This document shows, piece by piece, positions 19,749 through 29,628 of a stretch of 64,000 nucleotides of DNA; within the stretch, counting starts at the first letter, position 1, and the number at the start of each line of letters is the position of its first letter. Both the position numbers and the translations under genes were made by a program. Source of the stretch: Arenicellales bacterium (GTDB lineage Bacteria; Pseudomonadota; Gammaproteobacteria; Arenicellales; JAJDZL01); NCBI GenBank assembly GCA_965220395.1, contig CBDCPT010000003.1, positions 136,747 to 200,746 on the forward strand, in the 5' to 3' direction. The notes under the pieces were generated by a model. That model had not been told where the DNA came from and ran no database searches. It saw nothing but the letters and a program-made list of their open reading frames with translations.

Positions 19749-19892
19749 ATACTACTACAAATTAGATCTAAACCGGAAACCCGTTGCGAAGGATTTACTT
19801 TCGTAATACACTGTTCATGGAAGTGAGAGATTTAGACTGTTCGAAATACAGTGCGCCTATATCCATAAGTTTCGTAAAGATGGAGAAAGACG

Positions 19893-20117
19893 ATGGCAGA
19901 ATCAGTGATCAAACGTGACCCGAAAATTTTGGGTGGGACTCCTGTATTTTCCGGCACCAGGGTTCCTGTTCGCATTTTATGGGATCATTTGGAGGCGGGT
20001 ATCCGGCTAGACGATTTTTTGGATGATTACCCTACAGTATCTCGAGAACAAGCTGTCGCCGTACTGGAAAGTGCTGCGGGAATGCTCTTAGACAATACGC
20101 GTGAAAGTATTGCTTGA
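19893..20117 (+). CDS. DUF433 antitoxin-like protein
   Basis: DPKILGGTPVFSGTRVPV..FLDDYPTV. Confidence 0.9.
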   Translation: MAESVIKRDPKILGGTPVFSGTRVPVRILWDHLEAGIRLDDFLDDYPTVSREQAVAVLESAAGMLLDNTRESIA

Positions 20118-20427
20118 TGAATCTGTTCCAAGACAGCTTGGACGGTTTTTTCCCGACGAATTTGAGGTTCATACTGTTCAGGATATGGGTTGGTCAGGTA
20201 AAGCAAACGGTGATTTGCTACAACTAGCCAGAAGTCATTGTTTCAAAGCGCTAATTACCGTAGACCAAGGCTTTGAATATCAGCAAAACCTCAATTACTT
20301 GCTGGTGCCTGTTATCATCATGCTCGCACCGAGCATTCATTTGCAGGAATTGCACCCACTCGTCCCCAAAGTAGTTTCAGGATTGTCCAGCAATCCGAGA
20401 CGCGAAATTTACCGTGTGAGTGCCTGA
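20101..20427 (+). CDS. DUF5615 PIN-like toxin
   Basis: MKVLLDESVP..GWSG..NGDLL..ITVD..YQQN; overlaps the DUF433 gene. Confidence 0.85.
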   Translation: MKVLLDESVPRQLGRFFPDEFEVHTVQDMGWSGKANGDLLQLARSHCFKALITVDQGFEYQQNLNYLLVPVIIMLAPSIHLQELHPLVPKVVSGLSSNPRREIYRVSA

Positions 20428-20699
20428 GATGAAGTCCAATATCTGCAGTTGGAGATTTTGCTGCGTTCATTGGGTGTATTTGCCACGTAGACAGTTGAGT
20501 GTAAACAACAGGAACGTAAACAATAGTCAAGCTTGACAGGATTATCCGCTGTCACTTGGAGAGTGTAGCCCAATGAGATATGGATCTACGAGGTGGTGCA
20601 GTTTCCAATGGAATAAGTCTGAAACGGACGGGGGTTTTACCTTACCGTAGGACGGTAAATTTATTCATGCCTGAGTCAGCCACACATCTTTTCGATTGA

Positions 20700-20993
20700 T
20701 TATTGAATTGCCTGCGAAAGAGTTTCTACCTTGATCTGGTTTGCTGTCTTCATCGCCTGCGCCAAATCGTAAGTGGCTTGAAGCCGGTACCAAGTATCAG
20801 CGCCACCACCGAACGCCTTGTCGAGACGAATAGCCATCTCGGGCGAGATTCCAGATCGACAATTCACGATGTCCGAAAGTTGCTTGCGGCTGATACCAAG
20901 TTTGCGCGCAGCTTCCGTCACGCTTAGATTCAATGGATTCAAACAATCGTGTCGTACGGATAGACCCGGATGGGGTGGGTTCATCATCGGCAT
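20700..20993 (-). CDS. higA: HigA-family antitoxin
   Basis: [33 protein letters not shown]. Confidence 0.9.
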   Translation of the reverse strand: MPMMNPPHPGLSVRHDCLNPLNLSVTEAARKLGISRKQLSDIVNCRSGISPEMAIRLDKAFGGGADTWYRLQATYDLAQAMKTANQIKVETLSQAIQ

Positions 20994-21005
20994 TTCTCAG
21001 TTCTC

Positions 21006-21223
21006 CTAAGGGTAGTCAATCAAGTTCATATCCCAATAACCCGCTAGGTCGCCTTTCTACGGGTGTAGCCCAAAACCCGGCAAGATCATAGCTTCGGGTC
21101 CGGACGTTTCGTCAAGACGAGCAAGAACATGCTCGATTTTGGCGATCAACTCGGGAGATATCCGCCTGCAATCATCTTTTTCGAACAAGCGTTCAAGGCC
21201 TCTGTGGCAAAAGGCGAGAATTA
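21006..21223 (-). pseudogene. HigB toxin with an internal stop and deletion
   Basis: FCHRGLERLFE..LARLD..MILPGFGLHP*KGDLAGYW followed directly by DMNLIDYP*. Confidence 0.8.
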
Positions 21224-21428
21224 TGCAACGAGTTGTAACGCATCACTATACAGTTTACAAAATTCATGACCCTCAATATATGCAATTGGATAGACTTGAT
21301 ATTGACAGACATGGACCACAAGATATAGCATCGTTTTGTTTAGATACAGAATTGTGAATGTTTAGGTTGCGAGATAATTACTATCTTTAAGAAAAAAGTT
21401 TGATTGTAGAGTCGACGATATCCGCGCT

Positions 21429-21476
21429 AAATTGTAATTCGGTCAAGGTTCGGACACGTTGCGACCGTGCCCACCA
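21429..21476 (+). repeat. tRNA-3'-derived att-like repeat R4 (most degenerate)
   Basis: aaattgtaattcggtc-aaggttcgg-acacg-ttgcgaccgtgcccacca. Confidence 0.7.
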
Positions 21477-21718
21477 GTTCGATCAACTAAAATGCAAATT
21501 GACAGCGTAATAGTTGGTATTGAGTTTGAGTGGTGATTGATTTTCAGTTGAATTAGATTTACATACAAGTCTTCACAAGACTGCAGCCTATCTTACACAG
21601 AAAGAATATGCAATTACTTTTCTTCAAAACGGGTGGGTTATAACTACGGATCAACAATTTTCAAATGACGTAAGACCAAGAGATATCACTGCGCCTCCAT
21701 CAGCATTGAAAATATGAA

Positions 21719-21770
21719 AAATAACAAGGCACTCCAAAGGACGGGCTACATCCGTCGCTGAGCTTTACTG
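21719..21770 (+). other. Degenerate attC-like site, R' box lost
   Basis: TAACaaggcactccaaaggacggg-ctac-atccgtcgctgagcttt shows an attC-like imperfect hairpin; no GTT end. Confidence 0.45.
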
Positions 21771-21786
21771 AAATGGCAGACTTAAT

Positions 21787-22290
21787 ATGAGTAAGCGATC
21801 AGAGAAGCTTGCAATACCCTTCGAGAGAGAAGCAGTCGCTGAGACATTCAATGCCTACCCACCGAAGATACGCAAACGACTGATAGCTTTGCGGTCTCTG
21901 ATATTCGAAACAGCTGATAAGACAGAAGGCGTCGGAGCACTCGAAGAAACGTTGAAATGGGGTGAACCAGCATACCTGACGTCGAAGAGTAAGAGTGGAA
22001 GCACCGTGCGAATTGGCTGGAAGAAGTCTATACCTTCTCAGTACGCCATGTACTTTCACTGTCAAACGGACTTAGTGGAGACCTTTCGGACATTGTTCCC
22101 AAGCGACTTTCGATTCGAAGGTAATCGGGCCATAGTATTCGAGGAAGGAGACGCCGTGCCATTTGACTCACTAGCTATTTGTATTTCATACGCACTAACC
22201 TATCATCGAATCAAGGGACGCCAACGACGAGCGTCCCAACCATCAAATGCAGCCGAGGCAGTTAACTATTCAGTTGATTCGCGACGTTAG
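21787..22290 (+). CDS. DUF1801 domain protein
   Basis: LEETLKWGEPAY..SGSTVRI.WK..YFHCQT..FEGNRAI. Confidence 0.88.
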   Translation: MSKRSEKLAIPFEREAVAETFNAYPPKIRKRLIALRSLIFETADKTEGVGALEETLKWGEPAYLTSKSKSGSTVRIGWKKSIPSQYAMYFHCQTDLVETFRTLFPSDFRFEGNRAIVFEEGDAVPFDSLAICISYALTYHRIKGRQRRASQPSNAAEAVNYSVDSRR

Positions 22291-22292
22291 AC
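22233..22292 (+). other. Integron attC-like site
   Basis: R'' gtcccAAC ... R' GTTagac, about 59 bp; inner aat(g)cagccga / tcagttgatt pair with an extra G. Confidence 0.6.
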
Positions 22293-22295
22293 TAC

Positions 22296-22442
22296 ATGTG
22301 GTTTGATGTAGTATGGGAATTGATGAGCAAAACCAGCTTTTTTAGAGCTTTCACGGCTGGCTTGCCGTTGTTGTTCGTTGGCTGGTTAATCCGGAAGCCT
22401 GTTCGGCGTTATAGAGCAAAGCAAATATTCAGGAATTTGTAA
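22296..22442 (+). CDS. 48-aa hydrophobic ORF starting just after the attC-like site (possible cassette remnant)
   Basis: MWFDVVWELMSKTSFFRAFTAGLPLLFVGWLIRKPVRRYRAKQIFRNL*. Confidence 0.35.
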   Translation: MWFDVVWELMSKTSFFRAFTAGLPLLFVGWLIRKPVRRYRAKQIFRNL

Positions 22443-22683
22443 GCGGGTCTTAAAGAAAATAAGAAGGAATTCTTGCCTACTGTATATTTGTATACCTAAT
22501 CTGGGCGTGCACAGTCTCAAGTAGAGTCACTATGCAGCGATCATGAGAATTTCGTAGAAACGAATATGAACTGGAATTATGGCGCATTTCTTAACCTTGT
22601 GCTACCTAGCGCAGGTACTTAAGCGAACACGACTTGCGGCATACTACTTAGAATTGGCATTAGGCAGGTAGAGGCGGATTGAT

Positions 22684-23127
22684 GTGGAATTAGACCTCGG
22701 AACATTTTCAACAGAGTCGGCCAAGGTTTGTCGGGAGTTCGTAATTCGAACATATGTACCTGAAGAGGATGTACCGAAAACACTTCAGGCGGTAATCGAA
22801 ATTGTGCCGCTACGATACGGCAGTTATGAAAACGTCGCGTTCCAATCATCCCCAGGGGTCCAAAAATTCCGCCCTCTGTCAGGCTCTCATATCGGTGATT
22901 CGTCGGAGGTTCTTGACTTTCCCGTTGTCGAGCTGATTTTCTCACTCCCCTATGATTTGAATATTTTGAAAAGCGTTGTCGACCGAATATTTGAAGTACA
23001 CGTAGCAGAGGAACCCGTAATTTACATTGATGAGAGTTGGTCAACTCGCGCGAGGAGTTACTCGGATAAAATTAACCCAAATCGTTTCTGGAATAGGCCG
23101 AACTACGAAGACGAAAGCAAGTGGTAG
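22684..23127 (+). CDS. Hypothetical protein, YqfO/NIF3-insert-like
   Basis: YGSYENVAF..G.Q.FRP..G and HVAEEPVIY pattern. Confidence 0.6.
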   Translation: MELDLGTFSTESAKVCREFVIRTYVPEEDVPKTLQAVIEIVPLRYGSYENVAFQSSPGVQKFRPLSGSHIGDSSEVLDFPVVELIFSLPYDLNILKSVVDRIFEVHVAEEPVIYIDESWSTRARSYSDKINPNRFWNRPNYEDESKW

Positions 23128-23739
23128 TTGAACTTTCTTTTGTCAAGCGCTACACGTCTACATCTTCATTCGGGACCACTACCCAAAGCCGTTTATCTAG
23201 TCTGATTTGGTCTGCTCTTGGGACTGGGGTTACTTCCCACAAATCTGTTCGTATCCCAAGTCCTGCAAAACCTTCACTCAGCTTGTGCAGATGCTCGCTA
23301 TTGGGTTTGGCTCCTAGTAAGACCACTAACTCTCTTCCAGTTCGTGAAATTGGCGTCGTATTCCAAGTAACAACATGATTCAAATCCCGGAACCATGTTA
23401 CCAATCCGTAACTGCCTACTTGCCACGCATGATACAGTTCGCTTTCCGAGTGTGGTTATAGCGTGGTCGCGATAAAGCCATTGTTGCTGCGAGCATCGCT
23501 CGTCGAATACGTGTTCAGTGCCGAACTTCTGAATTCGTTTTAAACGAGTGGATTTGAAGCGATCATTCAAAAAAATCCAGCACGAAAACCGATAGTGATG
23601 TCGCAAGTGAAACAAGTCTCGTCGAAAAATCTACAAACATCATTTTTAACGTGATGGTCTCAATTAATGATTAATGATCAAAAAATGTTCACTTTTACAG
23701 TAATTATGTTAAAAAATACGAATAAATCGAAAATATTGC

Positions 23740-23769
23740 TTGCATTCCGAAAAAAATTACTGATAGAAT
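23740..23769 (+). promoter_or_regulatory. Putative sigma70 promoter of the glp cluster
   Basis: TTGCAT-18 bp-TAGAAT with TG extension, 38 bp upstream of glpV. Confidence 0.45.
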
Positions 23770-23807
23770 GCTCTGTCACGATGTTTCGTAAATATTGAGG
23801 AAATTAA

Positions 23808-25556
23808 ATGATGAAAATGAAAATTAATGTGCCATCAATGCTTGCTTTGATGGTCGTTTTTGCGGGAGCTTCCCACATGGCTGTTGCAGATTCGCAAAAA
23901 GCTAAGGAGTGGATTGATTCTGAGTTTCAGCCATCGACCTTGACCATGGATGAACAAGTAGCGGAGATGGATTGGTTCATCAACGCTGCAGAACCGTTTA
24001 AGGGAATGGAGATAAACGTTCTGTCTGAAACCATACCAACTCACGAGTATGAGTCAAAGGTGCTGACAAAGGCGTTCGAGGAAATCACTGGTATCAAAGT
24101 CAACCACCAACTTCTCGGTGAGGGCGAAGTGGTTCAGGCAGTTCAAACACAGATGCAAACCAATCGAAACCTGTATGATGCCTATATTAACGACTCTGAC
24201 TTGATTGGCACGCATTCACGGTTGCAATTGGCCGTAAATTTGACTGACTGGATGGCTGGAGATGGTGCAGATGTTACCTTGCCAACCCTTGATGTAGATG
24301 ATTTCATGGGTAAAGACTTTACAACCGGTCCAGATGGCAAACTCTATCAGCTTCCTGACCAGCAATTCGCAAATTTGTACTGGTTTCGAAATGATTGGTT
24401 CAACCGCCCGGAGCTTCAAAGTCAGTTCAAGGAAATGTATGGATACGATCTAGGTGTTCCAGTAAATTGGTCTGCTTATGAAGATATTGCTGAATTTTTC
24501 TCGGTTCATGTGAAAGAAATCGACGGTGTACGAGTTTACGGGCATATGGACTATGGAAAACGTGCTCCCGACCTTGGTTGGCGTATGACTGACGCATGGC
24601 TTTCCATGGCTGGTGCAGGAAGCAAAGGATTGCCAAACGGCGTTCCAGTGGACGAATGGGGCATCCGCATGGAGGAAGGAACCTGCAATCCAGTTGGAGC
24701 ATCGGTCTCAAGAGGTGGTGCGGCAAACGCGCCCGCAGCAGTATATGCAATCCGTAAATGGGACGAATGGCTGCGCAAATATGCACCTCCAGGTGCTGCC
24801 AGCTACGACTTCTACCAATCACTTCCGGCGCTTTCCCAAGGCAACGTAGCACAACAGATTTTCTGGTATACCGCGTTTACCGCTTCCATGGTTGCACCCA
24901 AGAGTGACGGTAACAACACAGTGGATGATGAAGGTTTTCCACTATGGAAAATGGCGCCGTCACCACACGGGCCGTACTGGGTTGATGGACAAAAACTTGG
25001 ATACCAGGATGCTGGTTCCTGGACACTGTTCAAGTCCACGCCGGTTGACCGCAGAAAAGCAGCGTGGCTGTATGCGCAGTTTACGGTATCAAAAACCGTA
25101 TCACTGAAAAAGACCCATGTAGGTCTGACGCCGATACGTGATAGCGATATCCGCCACGAGTCGTTCACAGAACGAGCGCCTAAACTTGGTGGCTTGGTCG
25201 AATTCTACCGATCTCCTGATCGGGTCAGATGGTCTCCGACAGGTATCAATGTACCTGACTATCCGAAGCTTGCTCAAATCTGGTGGCAGCAGATTGGTGA
25301 CGTGAACTCGGGGGCTTTCACGCCACAGGAAGCGATGGACCGACTCGCCAGCGAAATGGATCAGGTTATGGCTCGCATGCAGTCTGCGGATGAACGTGCT
25401 GGAACCTATGGAGGTTGCGGACCGCGCCTGAACGAGGAACAGGACCCCTCGTACTGGTTGGATCAGCCTGGCTCGCCAAAAGCCAAGGTAGATGAGAAGC
25501 CACAAGGTGAAACCGTTAACTACGATGAACTTGTAAAGCGCTGGAGCGCAAGTTAG
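23808..25556 (+). CDS. glpV: Glycerol ABC transporter substrate-binding protein
   Basis: Signal peptide; WIDSEFQPSTL, YQLPDQQFANLYWFR, PTGINVPDYPKLAQ; glp context. Confidence 0.88.
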   Translation: MMKMKINVPSMLALMVVFAGASHMAVADSQKAKEWIDSEFQPSTLTMDEQVAEMDWFINAAEPFKGMEINVLSETIPTHEYESKVLTKAFEEITGIKVNHQLLGEGEVVQAVQTQMQTNRNLYDAYINDSDLIGTHSRLQLAVNLTDWMAGDGADVTLPTLDVDDFMGKDFTTGPDGKLYQLPDQQFANLYWFRNDWFNRPELQSQFKEMYGYDLGVPVNWSAYEDIAEFFSVHVKEIDGVRVYGHMDYGKRAPDLGWRMTDAWLSMAGAGSKGLPNGVPVDEWGIRMEEGTCNPVGASVSRGGAANAPAAVYAIRKWDEWLRKYAPPGAASYDFYQSLPALSQGNVAQQIFWYTAFTASMVAPKSDGNNTVDDEGFPLWKMAPSPHGPYWVDGQKLGYQDAGSWTLFKSTPVDRRKAAWLYAQFTVSKTVSLKKTHVGLTPIRDSDIRHESFTERAPKLGGLVEFYRSPDRVRWSPTGINVPDYPKLAQIWWQQIGDVNSGAFTPQEAMDRLASEMDQVMARMQSADERAGTYGGCGPRLNEEQDPSYWLDQPGSPKAKVDEKPQGETVNYDELVKRWSAS

Positions 25557-25616
25557 TGCAATCAGGTTTTAGGCCAATTGTGCCTATTGCCTGAATTCGC
25601 ACTTTGCTCTTAGTTT

Positions 25617-25653
25617 GAGGCACTGGTCGGGTCAGTCACTCGACCAGTGTCTC
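25617..25653 (+). terminator. Intergenic stem-loop after glpV (terminator or mRNA stabiliser)
   Basis: gaggcactggtcgggt-cagtc-actcgaccagtgtctc; no U-tract. Confidence 0.5.
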
Positions 25654-25738
25654 GTACAAGACGGCTGTAATCAGGTCTAGGCGTCCAACCCAGTTCGTAT
25701 AATTTCAGACTCATATTCAACAACTGTGTTCACTCTAA

Positions 25739-26527
25739 ATGCAGAATGAGCCCCGGGATATAACTGAATTAAATCTGCGCCAGAAAGAGGTGTGGAAACT
25801 CGCGAAAGCGGAAGGGGTTGTGCAAGTTGATCGTCTTGCCGAACGATTCAACGTAACCGCCCAAACCATTCGACGAGATCTGAAGGAGCTGTGTGGCGCC
25901 CGGCTACTGCAGCGAATTCACGGCGGTGCGATAATTTACGACAGTGTCGAAAATCTTGGTTACGGAGCTCGAAAAATTCTCGCCGCTGAAGGCAAAGCAC
26001 GTATTGCCAAAAGAGTCGCCGAACTGATTCCAAACGACTGCTCGATGTTTATCAACATTGGTACTACGACCGAGCAAGTCGCGGCCCAGCTCGTCAGAAA
26101 ACATGAAGGACTTCTGGCGATTACCAACAATCTCAACGTACTGAATATCCTGGTACAATCCAACCAGATCGAAGTCGTGATCGCAGGGGGATTAATTCGA
26201 CACCAGGACGGAGGAATTGTGGGAGATGCAACCGCGGATTTTGTCAGTCAGTTCAAAGTTGACTATGCCGTAATCGGAGCGTCTTCCATTGAAAGTCAAG
26301 GTTTGGTTCTAGATTTTGACTGGCGCGAAGTTCGGGTTGCGCAGACCATGATCAAGCATGCAAGGACGGTTATACTTGTTGCGGATAGCAACAAGTTCGA
26401 ACGAAATGCTCCAATACGCCTGTGTGAACTGGACAAGATTGATCATTTCGTGACGGATCGTGAAGTGCCGACTGCCTTCAAACAGGCTGTTCTTGAATAT
26501 GATGTCACATTGCACATTTGTGAATAA
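25739..26527 (+). CDS. glpR: DeoR/GlpR transcriptional regulator
   Basis: VTAQTIRRDL HTH, INIGTT, ADSNKF. Confidence 0.9.
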   Translation: MQNEPRDITELNLRQKEVWKLAKAEGVVQVDRLAERFNVTAQTIRRDLKELCGARLLQRIHGGAIIYDSVENLGYGARKILAAEGKARIAKRVAELIPNDCSMFINIGTTTEQVAAQLVRKHEGLLAITNNLNVLNILVQSNQIEVVIAGGLIRHQDGGIVGDATADFVSQFKVDYAVIGASSIESQGLVLDFDWREVRVAQTMIKHARTVILVADSNKFERNAPIRLCELDKIDHFVTDREVPTAFKQAVLEYDVTLHICE

Positions 26528-26588
26528 CTTCATATATACGCAAGTTCCACTTTGCCTAGAATTATGAGCGCTTTTCGAATCGGAAACT

Positions 26589-27662
26589 ATGTCAATAGAA
26601 CTTAGAAACGTCGAAAAGACTGTTGATGGAATGACACACGTCCATTCGACCAATCTTGCCTTGCAATCATCTGAGTTCAATGTGCTTCTTGGACCGACAT
26701 TGAGCGGCAAAACAACGCTGATGAGGTTGATGGCAGGTTTGGATAAACCAACAGCGGGAGAAGTCTGGTTCGATGGTCGGAATGTGACTTCGATGTCAGT
26801 GCAAAAACGCAATATTGCGATGGTTTATCAGGCATTCATCAATTACCCGAATTTTACGGTTTTTGAAAACATTGCGTCGCCGCTTCGGGTTTCTGGAGTC
26901 AGTAACACCGAGATCAGAAAACGTGTTGGAGAAATAGCGGAGCTGTTGGATCTGTCCGATTTGCTCGATCGTGATGTCTCCCAGCTTTCAGGAGGTCAGC
27001 AGCAGCGAACCGCATTGGCGCGAGCACTGGTAAAAAAAGCTTTGCTGGTCTTGCTTGATGAACCGCTAGCGAATCTAGACTATAAATTGCGTGAACAGTT
27101 ACGAGACGAACTTCCAAGACTGTTTGCTGACTCGGGTACTACTGTGGTGTATGCGACAGGTGAACCGGAAGAAGCCTTGATGCTTGGCGGGTATACCGCC
27201 ACACTCCATGAAGGTGCTGTACTGCAGTATGGCAAAACCATAGACATCTATCGGCAGCCGCATTCATTGGAATGTGCCAAGATTTTCTCACACCCTCCTG
27301 TGAATATTGCACCAGTCTTAAAAAGACAAGAAAAGTTGTCCTTTTTTGATACCGCAGAATGGGACTGTCCCGATGTGCTCAAAAGTCATCCGGATGGACC
27401 TTACACTATCGGCGTTCGTCCTCACCATTTGACTCTTTCACGGACCTCGGAAAACGAGAAGTCCGTTGGAGTTCGAGGAACAGTACAGATCGCTGAAATT
27501 AATGGCTCGACAAGTCTCATTCACCTGGAGGTTCAGAAAAACAACTGGATTTCCGAATCAAGCGGTGTACATCAGTTCACCGTTGGCGACGAAATCGAGG
27601 TACACATAAATTTACAGAGTTGTTTGTACTTCGACGCTCAGGGTTGTGCCATCTTTAACTGA
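26589..27662 (+). CDS. glpS: Glycerol ABC transporter ATP-binding protein
   Basis: GPTLSGKT, LSGGQQQR, DEPLANLDYKLRE. Confidence 0.88.
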   Translation: MSIELRNVEKTVDGMTHVHSTNLALQSSEFNVLLGPTLSGKTTLMRLMAGLDKPTAGEVWFDGRNVTSMSVQKRNIAMVYQAFINYPNFTVFENIASPLRVSGVSNTEIRKRVGEIAELLDLSDLLDRDVSQLSGGQQQRTALARALVKKALLVLLDEPLANLDYKLREQLRDELPRLFADSGTTVVYATGEPEEALMLGGYTATLHEGAVLQYGKTIDIYRQPHSLECAKIFSHPPVNIAPVLKRQEKLSFFDTAEWDCPDVLKSHPDGPYTIGVRPHHLTLSRTSENEKSVGVRGTVQIAEINGSTSLIHLEVQKNNWISESSGVHQFTVGDEIEVHINLQSCLYFDAQGCAIFN

Positions 27663-27673
27663 ATGACCGTAAC

Positions 27674-28765
27674 ATGGCAAAAATAACCGTACAGAATCTC
27701 AAGCACAGTTACATGCGGACACCAGCTTCCGATGACGACTATGCGCTTAAGAATATTGACACCGTATTTGAGGAAGGGGGTGCATATGCACTGCTAGGAC
27801 CGTCGGGATGTGGGAAGACAACTTTGCTCAACATCATTTCAGGACTCATTACGCCTTCCTCAGGTAAAGTTTGGTTTGACGATAAGGACATGACGACGAT
27901 AGATACGATACATCGCCATATTGCCCAGGTATTTCAGTTTCCTGTAATCTACGATACGATGACCGTCTTCGATAATTTAGCTTTCCCGCTACGCAATCGG
28001 GGAGTTGCGGAAGATATAGTAAAGTCCCGTGTCAAAGAAGTTGCCACCATGCTCGATATTGAGGATGGCATTCACCGGCGAGCTTCTGGTTTGACCGCAG
28101 ATGGCAAGCAAAAAATTTCTCTTGGACGAGGTTTGGTGCGAGAGGACGTCAATGTCATGATGTTCGATGAACCCCTGACAGTCATAGACCAAAACATGAA
28201 ATGGGTTTTGCGCGCAAAACTCAAGGAGCTGCACCAACAGCTGCGCACAACCATGATTTATGTAACACATGACCAGACTGAAGCGCTTACGTTTGCCAAT
28301 CAGGTTCTGGTAATGTATCAAGGCAGAGTTGTGCAGATTGGCACACCCGTCGAGTTGTTTGAAAATCCGATGCATACTTTTGTAGGTTACTTCATAGGCT
28401 CTCCGGGTATGAATATTCTGCCTGGCCAGATTGACGGCGAACAGGTGATTTTTGAAGGTCTGCCCGTAAGATGCGATAACCAGCCGACCGCAAACTCTGG
28501 TGAATCAACCGCCTCTTCAAGCATTGAGATTGGTGTTCGACCGGAATTTGTTCGTTTTAGCGAGAACGGAATTCCTGTAGAAATACTTCGTGTGGATGAT
28601 TTAGGCCGTCACAAAATCGTTCATGCACGGCATAGTCAGCACGAAATAAAACTGGTCTGCTCTGAAGATCAATCCGTTCCCAATATTAGCCCAAAAATTG
28701 ACTTTGACGTCGCGCATACGTTTCTGTATGTGGACGGTTGGATGGCGAACGGGGTATCCGCATAA
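27674..28765 (+). CDS. glpT: Glycerol ABC transporter ATP-binding protein
   Basis: GPSGCGKT, LTADGKQK, DEPLTVID. Confidence 0.88.
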   Translation: MAKITVQNLKHSYMRTPASDDDYALKNIDTVFEEGGAYALLGPSGCGKTTLLNIISGLITPSSGKVWFDDKDMTTIDTIHRHIAQVFQFPVIYDTMTVFDNLAFPLRNRGVAEDIVKSRVKEVATMLDIEDGIHRRASGLTADGKQKISLGRGLVREDVNVMMFDEPLTVIDQNMKWVLRAKLKELHQQLRTTMIYVTHDQTEALTFANQVLVMYQGRVVQIGTPVELFENPMHTFVGYFIGSPGMNILPGQIDGEQVIFEGLPVRCDNQPTANSGESTASSSIEIGVRPEFVRFSENGIPVEILRVDDLGRHKIVHARHSQHEIKLVCSEDQSVPNISPKIDFDVAHTFLYVDGWMANGVSA

Positions 28766-29628
28766 TGAACAAGACCGTCAAGCAGCGAGCTTGGCTCTTA
28801 GTCATTCCGGTTGTCGTGCTGGTCGCTTTCAACGCACTCATACCATTGATGACGGTTGTGAATTACTCGGTACAGGAAACCTTTGGTGACAATGTATTTT
28901 TTTGGGAAGGCCTTACGTGGTTCGAACAGGTGCTGAATTCGGAAAGGTTTCATCACTCGTTGCTTCGGCAATTGGCTTTTACTGGAATGATACTGGTCAT
29001 TGAGGTGCCGCTCGGAATTGGCATTGCGCTTTGCATGCCTAGGAAAGGTCCGTGGGTTTCGGTATGTCTGGTTCTGATGGCGTTGCCGCTATTAATACCT
29101 TGGAATGTTGTAGGCGCAATGTGGAACATTTTTGCTTTACCGGAAATTGGCTTACTGGGACACACAATCAACGCTTTGGGCATCAACTACAATTTTACGC
29201 AGCAACCGATTTCCGCATGGTTGACTACTGTATTGATGGATGTATGGCATTGGACATCGCTGGTTGTACTTCTGGCTTATGCGGGATTGAGTTCTATCTC
29301 CGACGCCTATTATCAAGCCGCCAAGATTGATGGCGCATCTAAATGGGCCGTATTTTGGTGGATTCAGCTACCAAAAATGAAGCGAGTGCTAACCATAGCG
29401 ATATTGCTTCGGTTTATGGACAGTTTCATGATTTACACCGAACCGTTTGTGCTCACGGGTGGCGGTCCTGGAAACACCACAACGTTTCTATCCATCGACT
29501 TGGTGAAAATTGCATTGGGTCAGTTTGATCTTGGCCCTGCGGCCGCCATGTCACTGATTTACTTTTTTATTGTTCTGTTGATCTGTTGGGTGTTTTATAC
29601 ATTGATGATGAAAAATGAGCAGCAGTAG
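28765..29628 (+). CDS. glpP: Glycerol ABC permease
   Basis: Start MNKTVKQ; MTVVNYSVQ, AAKIDGAS, GQFDLGPAAA. Confidence 0.88.
   Translation: MNKTVKQRAWLLVIPVVVLVAFNALIPLMTVVNYSVQETFGDNVFFWEGLTWFEQVLNSERFHHSLLRQLAFTGMILVIEVPLGIGIALCMPRKGPWVSVCLVLMALPLLIPWNVVGAMWNIFALPEIGLLGHTINALGINYNFTQQPISAWLTTVLMDVWHWTSLVVLLAYAGLSSISDAYYQAAKIDGASKWAVFWWIQLPKMKRVLTIAILLRFMDSFMIYTEPFVLTGGGPGNTTTFLSIDLVKIALGQFDLGPAAAMSLIYFFIVLLICWVFYTLMMKNEQQ

Noticed and set aside
23150-23615. Minus-strand ORFs before the glp cluster
   Set aside because: No recognisable motif; cannot be assigned.
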